Source: an uncultured Oscillospiraceae bacterium (lineage in GTDB: Bacteria; Bacillota; Clostridia; Oscillospirales; Oscillospiraceae). Taken from it: DNA of 54,686 bases. Below, piece by piece: positions 34,148-41,348 of this stretch. The notes under the pieces are model-generated. The model ran no database searches. It had not been told where the DNA came from and saw nothing but the letters and a program-made list of their open reading frames with translations. The first letter of the stretch is position 1; the number at the start of each line of letters is the position of its first letter. Both the position numbers and the translations under genes were made by a program. The stretch covers positions 1 through 54,686 of the forward strand of contig CAZMXF010000001.1 in assembly GCA_964570015.1 (NCBI GenBank), written 5' to 3'.

Positions 34148-34579
34148 TCACCTCCAGGGGCAAGTATCATTTGGTTTTCTTGGATTGTATTCGAAAGGGA
34201 GAATCAGAGACTCGTCCCCGTAGTGAATTGCTCTGTGAGTTCGATCACGGCAAGAGATTACATACTCAGGATCCATCAGGTACCGAGTCTGATAAACAAT
34301 GTCTTCTGTCTTAATCGGATTCATATGATGGATTATAATGTTCTCGCCATTTGCAAACTCATGATCGAGATCGGCCAGATCGCAGCCATGGTCCCGTATG
34401 ATGATCTGCCGACGAAACGCTTTCCATTCTTCAGACCTATAGAACTTCTGATTGATGTAGCGTTCCCAGCCGAAGGTTTCTCTCCCGACCTGGCCGCCAA
34501 GCATTAAGTATTTAAAGCGGCCAATATAATCAGGAATCTGCATAAGCTCAGTATACGTACGGATCTGTTGGGTAGTCAT
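34148..34579 (-). CDS. HNH endonuclease (terminase-associated type)
   Basis: Contains ..IIRDHGCDLADLDHEF..IIIHHMNPI..THRAIH... It is adjacent to the TerS-like gene. The start was chosen at MTTQQ (34579) to limit overlap with that gene. Confidence 0.7.
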   Translation of the reverse strand: MTTQQIRTYTELMQIPDYIGRFKYLMLGGQVGRETFGWERYINQKFYRSEEWKAFRRQIIIRDHGCDLADLDHEFANGENIIIHHMNPIKTEDIVYQTRYLMDPEYVISCRDRTHRAIHYGDESLILPFEYNPRKPNDTCPWR

Positions 34580-34919
34580 CGGTAGACTCCGATCTGTAGG
34601 AACTGAGAGCAGCAATGACCTCTTTGTAAGATTCCGCTCTATCTCTCTCAGATTCAATTGCTTCAGTCTTTGCCTTCAGAAGAGCATTCTCCTTCTGAAG
34701 TTTTTCCATTTCTTCCCGCTGACGAATTGATCCTGCTTTTAGAAAATGAACGTATTCAGCAGCTGTAGCGGTCCCGCTCAGGATTCGCTGCTCAACTGCG
34801 TCATAAGATAAAGCAATGAGCCGATTTTCACGTTCCTCCGGGGTCATTGCTGGAGGCGATTGCATGATTGGCTCATTAGTTTTGGTAGACTTTCTTGCAG
34901 CCAAACCACAGTTCGCCAC
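34548..34919 (-). CDS. terminase small subunit-like protein
   Basis: About 105-123 aa; the start is uncertain (GTG 34919 or an internal ATG). The region ..EERENRLIALSYDAVEQRILSGTATAAEYVHFLKAGS.. plus a coiled coil resembles small terminase proteins of Firmicutes phages. This is the first gene after the cos-like region. Confidence 0.45.
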   Translation of the reverse strand: MANCGLAARKSTKTNEPIMQSPPAMTPEERENRLIALSYDAVEQRILSGTATAAEYVHFLKAGSIRQREEMEKLQKENALLKAKTEAIESERDRAESYKEVIAALSSYRSESTDDYPTDPYVY

Positions 34920-34945
34920 CTTTCTTCATGAGTTAATACCTAGTT

Positions 34946-34971
34946 TTATAGTCTTTTCGGTGAGTATAGTG
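34946..34971. repeat. left arm of 26-bp inverted repeat
   Basis: TTATAGTCTTTTCGGTGAGTATAGTG. Its reverse complement matches 35080-35105 at 25/26 positions. Confidence 0.9.
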
Positions 34972-35079
34972 GTGGTTGAGAGGTTTATCATGAACTTGAA
35001 AGGAGAGCCCGAAAGAAAAAGCAGCCAGCCGAGGTTGTATGTTCAAGGAGGTTACGCAGTATGAAAAAGACGTACGAAG

Positions 35080-35105
35080 CACTATACTCACGGAAAAGAC
35101 TATAA
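35080..35105. repeat. right arm of 26-bp inverted repeat
   Basis: CACTATACTCACGGAAAAGACTATAA. The arms are separated by a 108-bp spacer (34972-35079). Confidence 0.9.
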
Positions 35106-35123
35106 GGACTAAAAATATAATTA

Positions 35124-35190
35124 AACCCCCGGAGGAAAAATTGAGACCCCCGCGATCAGGGGGTGGGGGTGCTTTTTAAATAACCCCCGG
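35124..35190. other. candidate cos / terminase recognition region
   Basis: Direct repeats AACCCCCGG (35124-35132 and 35182-35190) flank the palindrome CCCCC-GCGATCA-GGGGG (35147-35163). The region is non-coding and lies upstream of TerS-like/HNH. Confidence 0.4.
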
Positions 35191-35399
35191 TAGGGGCCTT
35201 TATGAGTACTTTTCAGGGGCATTCGGGGCCGGATTGGGTCCGAATTGTCCTTTTCTGTACTCATTTGAATGCAAAACGTGAAAGAATTGTATAAAAAGAT
35301 GCTTCAAGTCAAGAAATACTATGCATAAACACACAAAAAGCATAATAAATCTCAACTCAAAGCATCTAAAACAAAAGGAAAACAACACAAAAGAACTAC

Positions 35400-35675
35400 T
35401 TACTGATCAACTACTTTAACATAACTGACTTCCTTGCCTGTGACAGGACTTTTCAGTCGAATGTCCAGCTTTAAGAAGTCATCAATTGCACCTTCGATAG
35501 ACGAATCCATTTCGCGAGGCGTAAAATCCGGTGAAGTAACAGCTATACGAGCCAACAACGAGCTCGAATAGTAGCCGCAAACAGCTTCATCATAAGACGC
35601 CCATGTATCATACTGCTTGAAAGGATTATACGGGTTATCGGAGGTCGATAACATAGTGCGAGCCATGAGCATCAC
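35400..35675 (-). CDS. hypothetical protein
   Basis: 91-aa ORF overlap-coupled to the stop of the 966-aa gene. The start could be one of three ATGs between 35675 and 35666. Confidence 0.6.
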   Translation of the reverse strand: MMLMARTMLSTSDNPYNPFKQYDTWASYDEAVCGYYSSSLLARIAVTSPDFTPREMDSSIEGAIDDFLKLDIRLKSPVTGKEVSYVKVVDQ

Positions 35676-38572
35676 TCTCCTCTCAAATTGAATTGGCTAA
35701 GATCGATCTCTTTGGCAAGCGTAGATCTGGAAATGCCAAGTTCCTGAAGAATATCAGGCACTTTTGCTCCATTTCGAAGCATTGAAAGGGCATGATTTTT
35801 CTTTGCTGCACTCAATCCAGTATCTTTTTTTGGCGTGAATTGCTGCTTTAGCTCGTTTTTATCAGCATATTTCAAAAGTTTCTTCAGACTAGTCTTTGAA
35901 ATAGCGCCCGCATTGATTGCTTCCACTTCTCTGTCTGAGAAAGTGACCTTATAGCGTCTCTTATGCGTAGGATCATCACGAGTTGAACCATAAACAAGAT
36001 CTCTGGCCTGCTCGATCATCCGGCTGGAGATCTTTTTAAGCTTATCAGCATTCTCTTTGCTATTAAGATCAGGATTTGCCTGCTTTGCGGCATCAATCTG
36101 ACTTTTTGCAATTGCCTGGGCCTGCCGTTCTTTCGGAGCTTCCAGTTCCGCTTTTACAATCTTATTATTTAAACTTTCAACTTCATCCTTGTAAATTTCT
36201 TTTGCCGATTTGTTAACTTCCAATTCCTGCGTACTTCTGGATTCTTTTCTCGCTTCATTTCCTAAAGCTTTTAATCTGTTGGAATGATCAGCATAAATTT
36301 TTTCTTTCCAAGTTCCAGACGAAAGTTCATGCGCATCATCAACATAATCCAATTTCTCAACTTTTTCAGTTGCTTCCTTAACTTTTCCGGTTTCTCTGTA
36401 AACTTTTTTGCCTTTATTGTATCTTTCCAACTCAGCTTCAGTCATAATGGAAGGATCCGTAATCTGCTTTGTCTCTTTGTAAGTACGATTTGTATTACGA
36501 TAGATCTTTTCACCATTGTTATATCTTTCCAATTCTTCCGGGGTCATATCATTCTTACGGGTGATTTCTTTTCTTTCCGGAATAACCATTTCGCTCTTGG
36601 CTCTGGATATCAATGTTGAAGCGCCACCACTTCCATCATCGTTTGCATGCCGTTGATATTTGTCTACAAGCTCCTGAATTCTGTTGTCTTCATAACTTTT
36701 CTGCCAATCCAGATTGTGCTTTTCGGCATCGATAACGACCATGGAATGCTTAACCGCTCTGACAATTTCATCAGAATCAAGCTCAGCGCCTTTAATAGTC
36801 ATGTCTGTAATAAGATTCGAGATCTTACCCATTTCCATGCCTTTATTGAAACTATCGCCAACCATTCCATCACGGCTTTTGCCAGTACAACGCTGTGTAT
36901 CTGGATTTCTAGCATATTGATCATTTGGATTAAAATTAATCAGTTCATCAATTGCCGGATCGGTTTTAAAGTTTTCGCCTTTTGTCGGAATGACAAGAAC
37001 CGTATCGCCATCACAGTCTGCACCGGAAAGTTGTGCTCTTGTTGTCGGATTAACACCTATTGCATGTTCCGGATACTGTCCTATTTTATCAATGCCTTCC
37101 TGATTATTATTATTAACAGTCAGTTTCGGAATCTCAAATGTACCGGCATGTGGATGACGAATCAGAATTACTTCTTCACCATCTTCATACATTGGAGCAT
37201 AAACTTCGTTCTTTCCAAGAGAATTTACAGGCATTAAGACTTGCGTACTTTGTCCAGAAAAACTTGCGCCTTTTAAGTCCACAGCTGCAGAATCACATTT
37301 TGAAGCGAATTCATCCATCATTTCTTTTCGAATGGTTGGATTTGAAATGTCTTTTATTTCATCAAATTCACGCTCAAATTCATCATATTTCTTGTCAAGC
37401 TGTTTCTCGATAGTTGATGGATATTGTTTACTTAAAAATTGTGAAGATGAAGTGTTTGCCCATTTGTCCCAGTCTTCATTATCATTGACAATATTAATTG
37501 GCGAAGTATGCATTTCTCCATCAGAACCTTCATAATCCCACTGACGAAATGAAGCTCCAAATGGATTTGACGGGTCATTCTTCATATGCTTCAGAACAGT
37601 ATCATCGCCTTCTCCAAGCATTGGCGTGCCTTCGTGCTTATTAGTGTTAAACATAATATCAACGCCATCAGGCCAATCTTTTAGCGATTCTTCTGTAGCG
37701 TAATGTGCCATACCTTTCAGGTAATGACTATCATCAACAGCGATGCGAACCTGTGCATAGCGATTCTGTCCTAAAGTCAGATCTTCAACGCCTGGACGAA
37801 TCTCAATTGTTCCGTCACTGTCAGTGCCACCCTGTTCGTCATATCGAACAGCAACACGACTAGAATCAACACTTTCAATTGGCTTTCTCAAGACCGGCGT
37901 TTCGCCGTAATCTTTAAAATATAATCCATCAGGAGAGGTTACTTCACCAATATTGTCAAAGACTTCCTGTCTGGTCGTCTCGCCATCACAGAGAATCTGC
38001 ATGGTTGTCTTCTGTTTTGGATTGGAAGCCTGAGGAAGCTGAATATTATAGACGTTGTAGCCCTGATCCTTCAGAATGACACGAGCTTGTTCCAGCTGCG
38101 TTTCACTGATGCCAAGCTGACGATGAACGCCTTCACCAATATCAAGATAGGGCTTTTGCTCCAGCATATTACTCAAATTCTCAGCGATGCCGGACAAAGT
38201 CTGTTTATTCTTCTGCTTATTCGGATCAAGCCAGTTGCCAATGGTTTTATCAGTGACGCCAAGCTCTTTAGCAATTGCAACATTACTCCAGCCTTTATTT
38301 TTCAGCTTCTGAGCCTTCATAAGGGCTTTCATGTCTTCCTGCTCTCTGAAATATCTTTCATAAGCACGAAAGTCATTTGTGCTCAGGCCAAAGGCTTTAG
38401 CAATATCTTTCTCTTTTAGCCCCATTTGCTCAAGCTCTTTTGCTCTTGTCAGAAAATTCTTATTTCGCTGTGGATTCTTGCCGGATCCCCAAGGGTATCT
38501 TCCGGAATGGCGTGGAGTGCCGTACCATAATCCGTCCTCACCCTGGACGAATTCCATCTGCTGAAATATCAT
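35672..38572 (-). CDS. candidate single-chain double-psi beta-barrel RNA polymerase (YonO/RdRP-like) with HTH modules
   Basis: 966 aa. The region ..VILIRHPHAGTFEI..(30 aa)..NPTTRAQLSGADCDGDTVLVIP.. contains DCDGD, encoded at 37004-37018. HTH-like segments are GWSNVAIAKELGVTDKTIGNWL (N-terminal) and VPDILQELGISRSTLAKEI (C-terminal). Confidence 0.6.
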   Translation of the reverse strand: MIFQQMEFVQGEDGLWYGTPRHSGRYPWGSGKNPQRNKNFLTRAKELEQMGLKEKDIAKAFGLSTNDFRAYERYFREQEDMKALMKAQKLKNKGWSNVAIAKELGVTDKTIGNWLDPNKQKNKQTLSGIAENLSNMLEQKPYLDIGEGVHRQLGISETQLEQARVILKDQGYNVYNIQLPQASNPKQKTTMQILCDGETTRQEVFDNIGEVTSPDGLYFKDYGETPVLRKPIESVDSSRVAVRYDEQGGTDSDGTIEIRPGVEDLTLGQNRYAQVRIAVDDSHYLKGMAHYATEESLKDWPDGVDIMFNTNKHEGTPMLGEGDDTVLKHMKNDPSNPFGASFRQWDYEGSDGEMHTSPINIVNDNEDWDKWANTSSSQFLSKQYPSTIEKQLDKKYDEFEREFDEIKDISNPTIRKEMMDEFASKCDSAAVDLKGASFSGQSTQVLMPVNSLGKNEVYAPMYEDGEEVILIRHPHAGTFEIPKLTVNNNNQEGIDKIGQYPEHAIGVNPTTRAQLSGADCDGDTVLVIPTKGENFKTDPAIDELINFNPNDQYARNPDTQRCTGKSRDGMVGDSFNKGMEMGKISNLITDMTIKGAELDSDEIVRAVKHSMVVIDAEKHNLDWQKSYEDNRIQELVDKYQRHANDDGSGGASTLISRAKSEMVIPERKEITRKNDMTPEELERYNNGEKIYRNTNRTYKETKQITDPSIMTEAELERYNKGKKVYRETGKVKEATEKVEKLDYVDDAHELSSGTWKEKIYADHSNRLKALGNEARKESRSTQELEVNKSAKEIYKDEVESLNNKIVKAELEAPKERQAQAIAKSQIDAAKQANPDLNSKENADKLKKISSRMIEQARDLVYGSTRDDPTHKRRYKVTFSDREVEAINAGAISKTSLKKLLKYADKNELKQQFTPKKDTGLSAAKKNHALSMLRNGAKVPDILQELGISRSTLAKEIDLSQFNLRGE

Positions 38573-39141
38573 TTGTCATCCTCCTGCAAAGATTCCTCTA
38601 CCCATGAATCCCGTTCTTTGATCAAGAATATCAATTCTTCCATTCTGTCTTTATCCGGAGCAAACTCCTGAACGTCATCATTCTGGTAGATTCTAAGATT
38701 TACTTTTGTATTTGCAGGATTCACGCCAAACACCCGTTCATACTCCATTAAAAAAAGAGCAGCATAAATTTCAAGCTGCTCCATATGAACCGGTCCGGAT
38801 CCTGTTTTCAGGTCGTGCACTCTCAGCACACCACGATCTAAAGAAATCGCATCTGTATGCCCAAAGCAATTGTCGGTATACTTTAATGCCACTTCGGGAG
38901 TCATGCCATAACCAATGGCATCATTCACAAAAGCGGTAAGGGTCTGCGTAGAACCTCTAAGCTTTAGTCCCTCTCTGATCAGATTCTCAGCAAGCTCATG
39001 CAGTCTGGTTCCTCTCGCAGCAGCCTGTTGAGTGTAAATATAATTGCGAATCTGGTCACGATCATAGTTCAGCCAGTAAGGTTTACTCGGGCTAAGAATT
39101 GCATGCTTATCCTTTAACTCCCAATGTTTGATAAAGTTCAT
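38569..39141 (-). CDS. PD-(D/E)xK family nuclease
   Basis: Start reassigned to ATG 39141 (MNFIKHW..). Contains ..GHTDAISLDRGVLRVHDLKTG.., which fits a D...D-x-K motif. Confidence 0.55.
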   Translation of the reverse strand: MNFIKHWELKDKHAILSPSKPYWLNYDRDQIRNYIYTQQAAARGTRLHELAENLIREGLKLRGSTQTLTAFVNDAIGYGMTPEVALKYTDNCFGHTDAISLDRGVLRVHDLKTGSGPVHMEQLEIYAALFLMEYERVFGVNPANTKVNLRIYQNDDVQEFAPDKDRMEELIFLIKERDSWVEESLQEDDK

Positions 39142-39412
39142 TAAGAACCTCCTGTTTATTTTCAGGAAAAATAAAACGAGCAAACGACATCTGATTTGCT
39201 TGCTCAACATAATAATCCTGATTCGGCTGGTGGCTTGCTTTTTCATAAGCTTTGCATTCCAACAGTGCCCAATGTTTCTTATAAAGAATGGTAAGATCAG
39301 GAATGCCCTGCTTCCATTCATTCTTAAATATCCATGCACCCGGCAAAGCTTTCTCCAGTTCTTCAATTAAATCGGACTGGAACTCTTTCTCCAATTCTTT
39401 TTCTGATTTCAC
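39107..39412 (-). CDS. VRR-NUC / Holliday-junction-resolvase-like PD-(D/E)xK nuclease
   Basis: 101 aa with a GTG start after GAGGT. Contains ..GIPDLTILYKKHWALLECK.., which fits PD...ExK. Confidence 0.55.
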   Translation of the reverse strand: MKSEKELEKEFQSDLIEELEKALPGAWIFKNEWKQGIPDLTILYKKHWALLECKAYEKASHQPNQDYYVEQANQMSFARFIFPENKQEVLNELYQTLGVKG

Positions 39413-39460
39413 AATTTTAACCTCGAAAACTTAAAGAAGTCGTCAAAAAAGGCGTATCTT

Positions 39461-39494
39461 CTCTCTCTACTATAGGCGTTGTGAAAATTACGAA
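39461..39494 (-). promoter_or_regulatory. type-1 promoter-like motif, copy C
   Basis: Minus strand reads TTCGTAATTTTCACAACGCCTATAGTAGAGAGAG. The TAA inside TCGTAA is the helicase stop codon. Confidence 0.45.
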
Positions 39495-40735
39495 TTTTTA
39501 GACCGAAAAAAGGCACTTTCATTGAAATTTCTCTTTCTTTTCAATGCTCTGGAGATTGCAATATCAATCGGAGCATATGTCTTGAAAGAGTAATAATATA
39601 AATCATGAAAAGGCGTGTTCCTTCGATCAATTCGTCCCATTGCCTGTTCAGTTGTCTTGTAGGAATAACTTGGCGAATAAAATAGGATCGTGTCTGTCCG
39701 AATACAGTTCCATCCTTCGGCTCCTGCTGTGTACTGCACGAGATAAACCCACCGCTCTGTATCAGGAATGTTTTGGTGCCGATGGCCATTCCATTCAGCA
39801 AAGGCTGTTCCTTCAGGCCATTCAGCATTTCTCAGAATCTCAAGCTCATAATCGAAATTGTAAAATATAATTAATTTCGGGTGGATTTCAGCAATTCTGA
39901 TAACTTCAGCACAGCGGCTCGGATCAGCATTCACAGTCTTTCGAAGCAAGTAACATAGTTCACTAACGTTTTCAATTGGTTTATTCTCATAGAAGTTCCA
40001 TCGATCACGCATCAAACGCCGATATGATTCTTTGTCATAATCAACCAGAATCTGTTCCATATGTCGCTCTGTTTGTTTATTATATTCGATATCAACTAGA
40101 ATGCTGTCTCGCATTTGCTCAAGATCCCGTTCATTGAAATACTGGTCAACCTTTGGAAACTTGGAATATCTTGAATAGATCACATGCCTATTAACGAAGT
40201 CGCTCTTATTTTTAAAGAACCCATTTGCTATAAAGATAGACAAATAGTCCATCCAGCAATCGCCTGGGGTTGCACTCAAAAATATCCATCGGTTTCTCTT
40301 TGAGATCTTGATAAAGCTCTTTGACCATTTGCCATAACCTACAACACGCTGCTCATCAAAAAGAAAGAAAGAGTCTGTGACATCGATGTATTTCTCAATA
40401 TTATTCCATGAATCCACGACGACTTTGATCTTATCCCGATAATAATTAATTTCAGGATCGCTGGATAAAAGGAATGGGGACATCTCGTGCTCCCATTCTC
40501 TATTATCTCGTTTTTTCGCAGTTGTAATAATATAAAGATCCAAAGGACGTTTCATAGGCACATAATCACTTTCATAGCCGTGATCCTTACCATTGATCTT
40601 TCCGCCACAGACTTTGCAGAAATAATAGGCAAGGCCGGCCCGACTTTTGCCGGAACCGACCCCACCGCATAAAATATTCCCATTTCTTAATTTCTGAACA
40701 GCTTCAATCTGTCCGGCATCAAGCTTGGGATTCAA
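39488..40735 (-). CDS. superfamily-2 (SNF2/DEAD-like) helicase
   Basis: 415 aa. Walker A is ..GGVGSGKS.., the DExx box is ..LFDEQR.., and the C-terminal helicase motif is ..QAMGRIDRRN... Confidence 0.7.
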   Translation of the reverse strand: MNPKLDAGQIEAVQKLRNGNILCGGVGSGKSRAGLAYYFCKVCGGKINGKDHGYESDYVPMKRPLDLYIITTAKKRDNREWEHEMSPFLLSSDPEINYYRDKIKVVVDSWNNIEKYIDVTDSFFLFDEQRVVGYGKWSKSFIKISKRNRWIFLSATPGDCWMDYLSIFIANGFFKNKSDFVNRHVIYSRYSKFPKVDQYFNERDLEQMRDSILVDIEYNKQTERHMEQILVDYDKESYRRLMRDRWNFYENKPIENVSELCYLLRKTVNADPSRCAEVIRIAEIHPKLIIFYNFDYELEILRNAEWPEGTAFAEWNGHRHQNIPDTERWVYLVQYTAGAEGWNCIRTDTILFYSPSYSYKTTEQAMGRIDRRNTPFHDLYYYSFKTYAPIDIAISRALKRKRNFNESAFFRSKNS

Positions 40736-40751
40736 TTATCATCACCAACTT

Positions 40752-41288
40752 TTAGAATGGTGTATTTTCCTCATTCATATTGGCATAGCGATCAGCAAAA
40801 TAGCTTGGAACAATTTCTGCCCAAATCTGAGAAGCAAACAGAGGATTGTAAACTGTTCCATTCTGATGCGTCTTCTCTTTGCCAACTTCAAGGACAAGAC
40901 CGAGATTCTTAAACTCAGCATTATCAAGAACTCCAACATGAGCCTCATCAAGCAGCGTGTCCACGCCGGTACTCGCGGAGATCATATGCACTTCAACAGG
41001 CTTCATATACCAGGATACATTAACTGATACATAAGGTCTTGCCACATCATTATCGTCACGAGGACGGGTGTACTTCACTTCACAGCCAAGGGTCTTGAAC
41101 TGCTCAGCTGAAGCTTCGTCAAGATAGAGCAGAAAATTTCTTCTTCCGGCAGTGTTAACAACACGGCCTGTCTCCTGGTTACGTTTCTCTTCGCCTTTAA
41201 AATTTCTGGAACGAGCTTCATTATCTTTAATCTCATCCACAATAACACTGGTCTTAAAACCGATCTTGTTTACTTCAACAATTTTCAT
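40752..41288 (-). CDS. hypothetical replication-module protein (possible ssDNA-binding protein by position only)
   Basis: 178 aa with RBS AAGGAGA. It lies between the helicase and polymerase genes. No motif was recognised. Confidence 0.6.
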   Translation of the reverse strand: MKIVEVNKIGFKTSVIVDEIKDNEARSRNFKGEEKRNQETGRVVNTAGRRNFLLYLDEASAEQFKTLGCEVKYTRPRDDNDVARPYVSVNVSWYMKPVEVHMISASTGVDTLLDEAHVGVLDNAEFKNLGLVLEVGKEKTHQNGTVYNPLFASQIWAEIVPSYFADRYANMNEENTPF

Positions 41289-41348
41289 AATTCTTTTAAA
41301 TCTCCTTAATAAATTTTATTGTTGACAAAATATAATTAAAAATGACCA

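Noticed and set aside
34946-35105. Interpreting the 160-bp inverted-repeat-bounded segment as a MITE-type miniature transposable element.
   Set aside because: No target-site duplication flanks the repeats (..ACCTAGTT versus GGACTAAA..). I found no second copy of the arms elsewhere in the window. The switch and RNA-stem hypotheses are retained instead.
35200-35388. 62-aa minus-strand ORF in the TerS-upstream intergenic region. A TTGACT-15 nt-TACAAT promoter-like pair at 35286-35312 was also noted.
   Set aside because: The ORF product is Phe/Leu/Cys-rich low complexity, has no RBS, and spans the structured G/C-rich cos-like DNA. The promoter-like pair has a suboptimal 15-nt spacer and no supporting evidence, so it is not reported as a feature.
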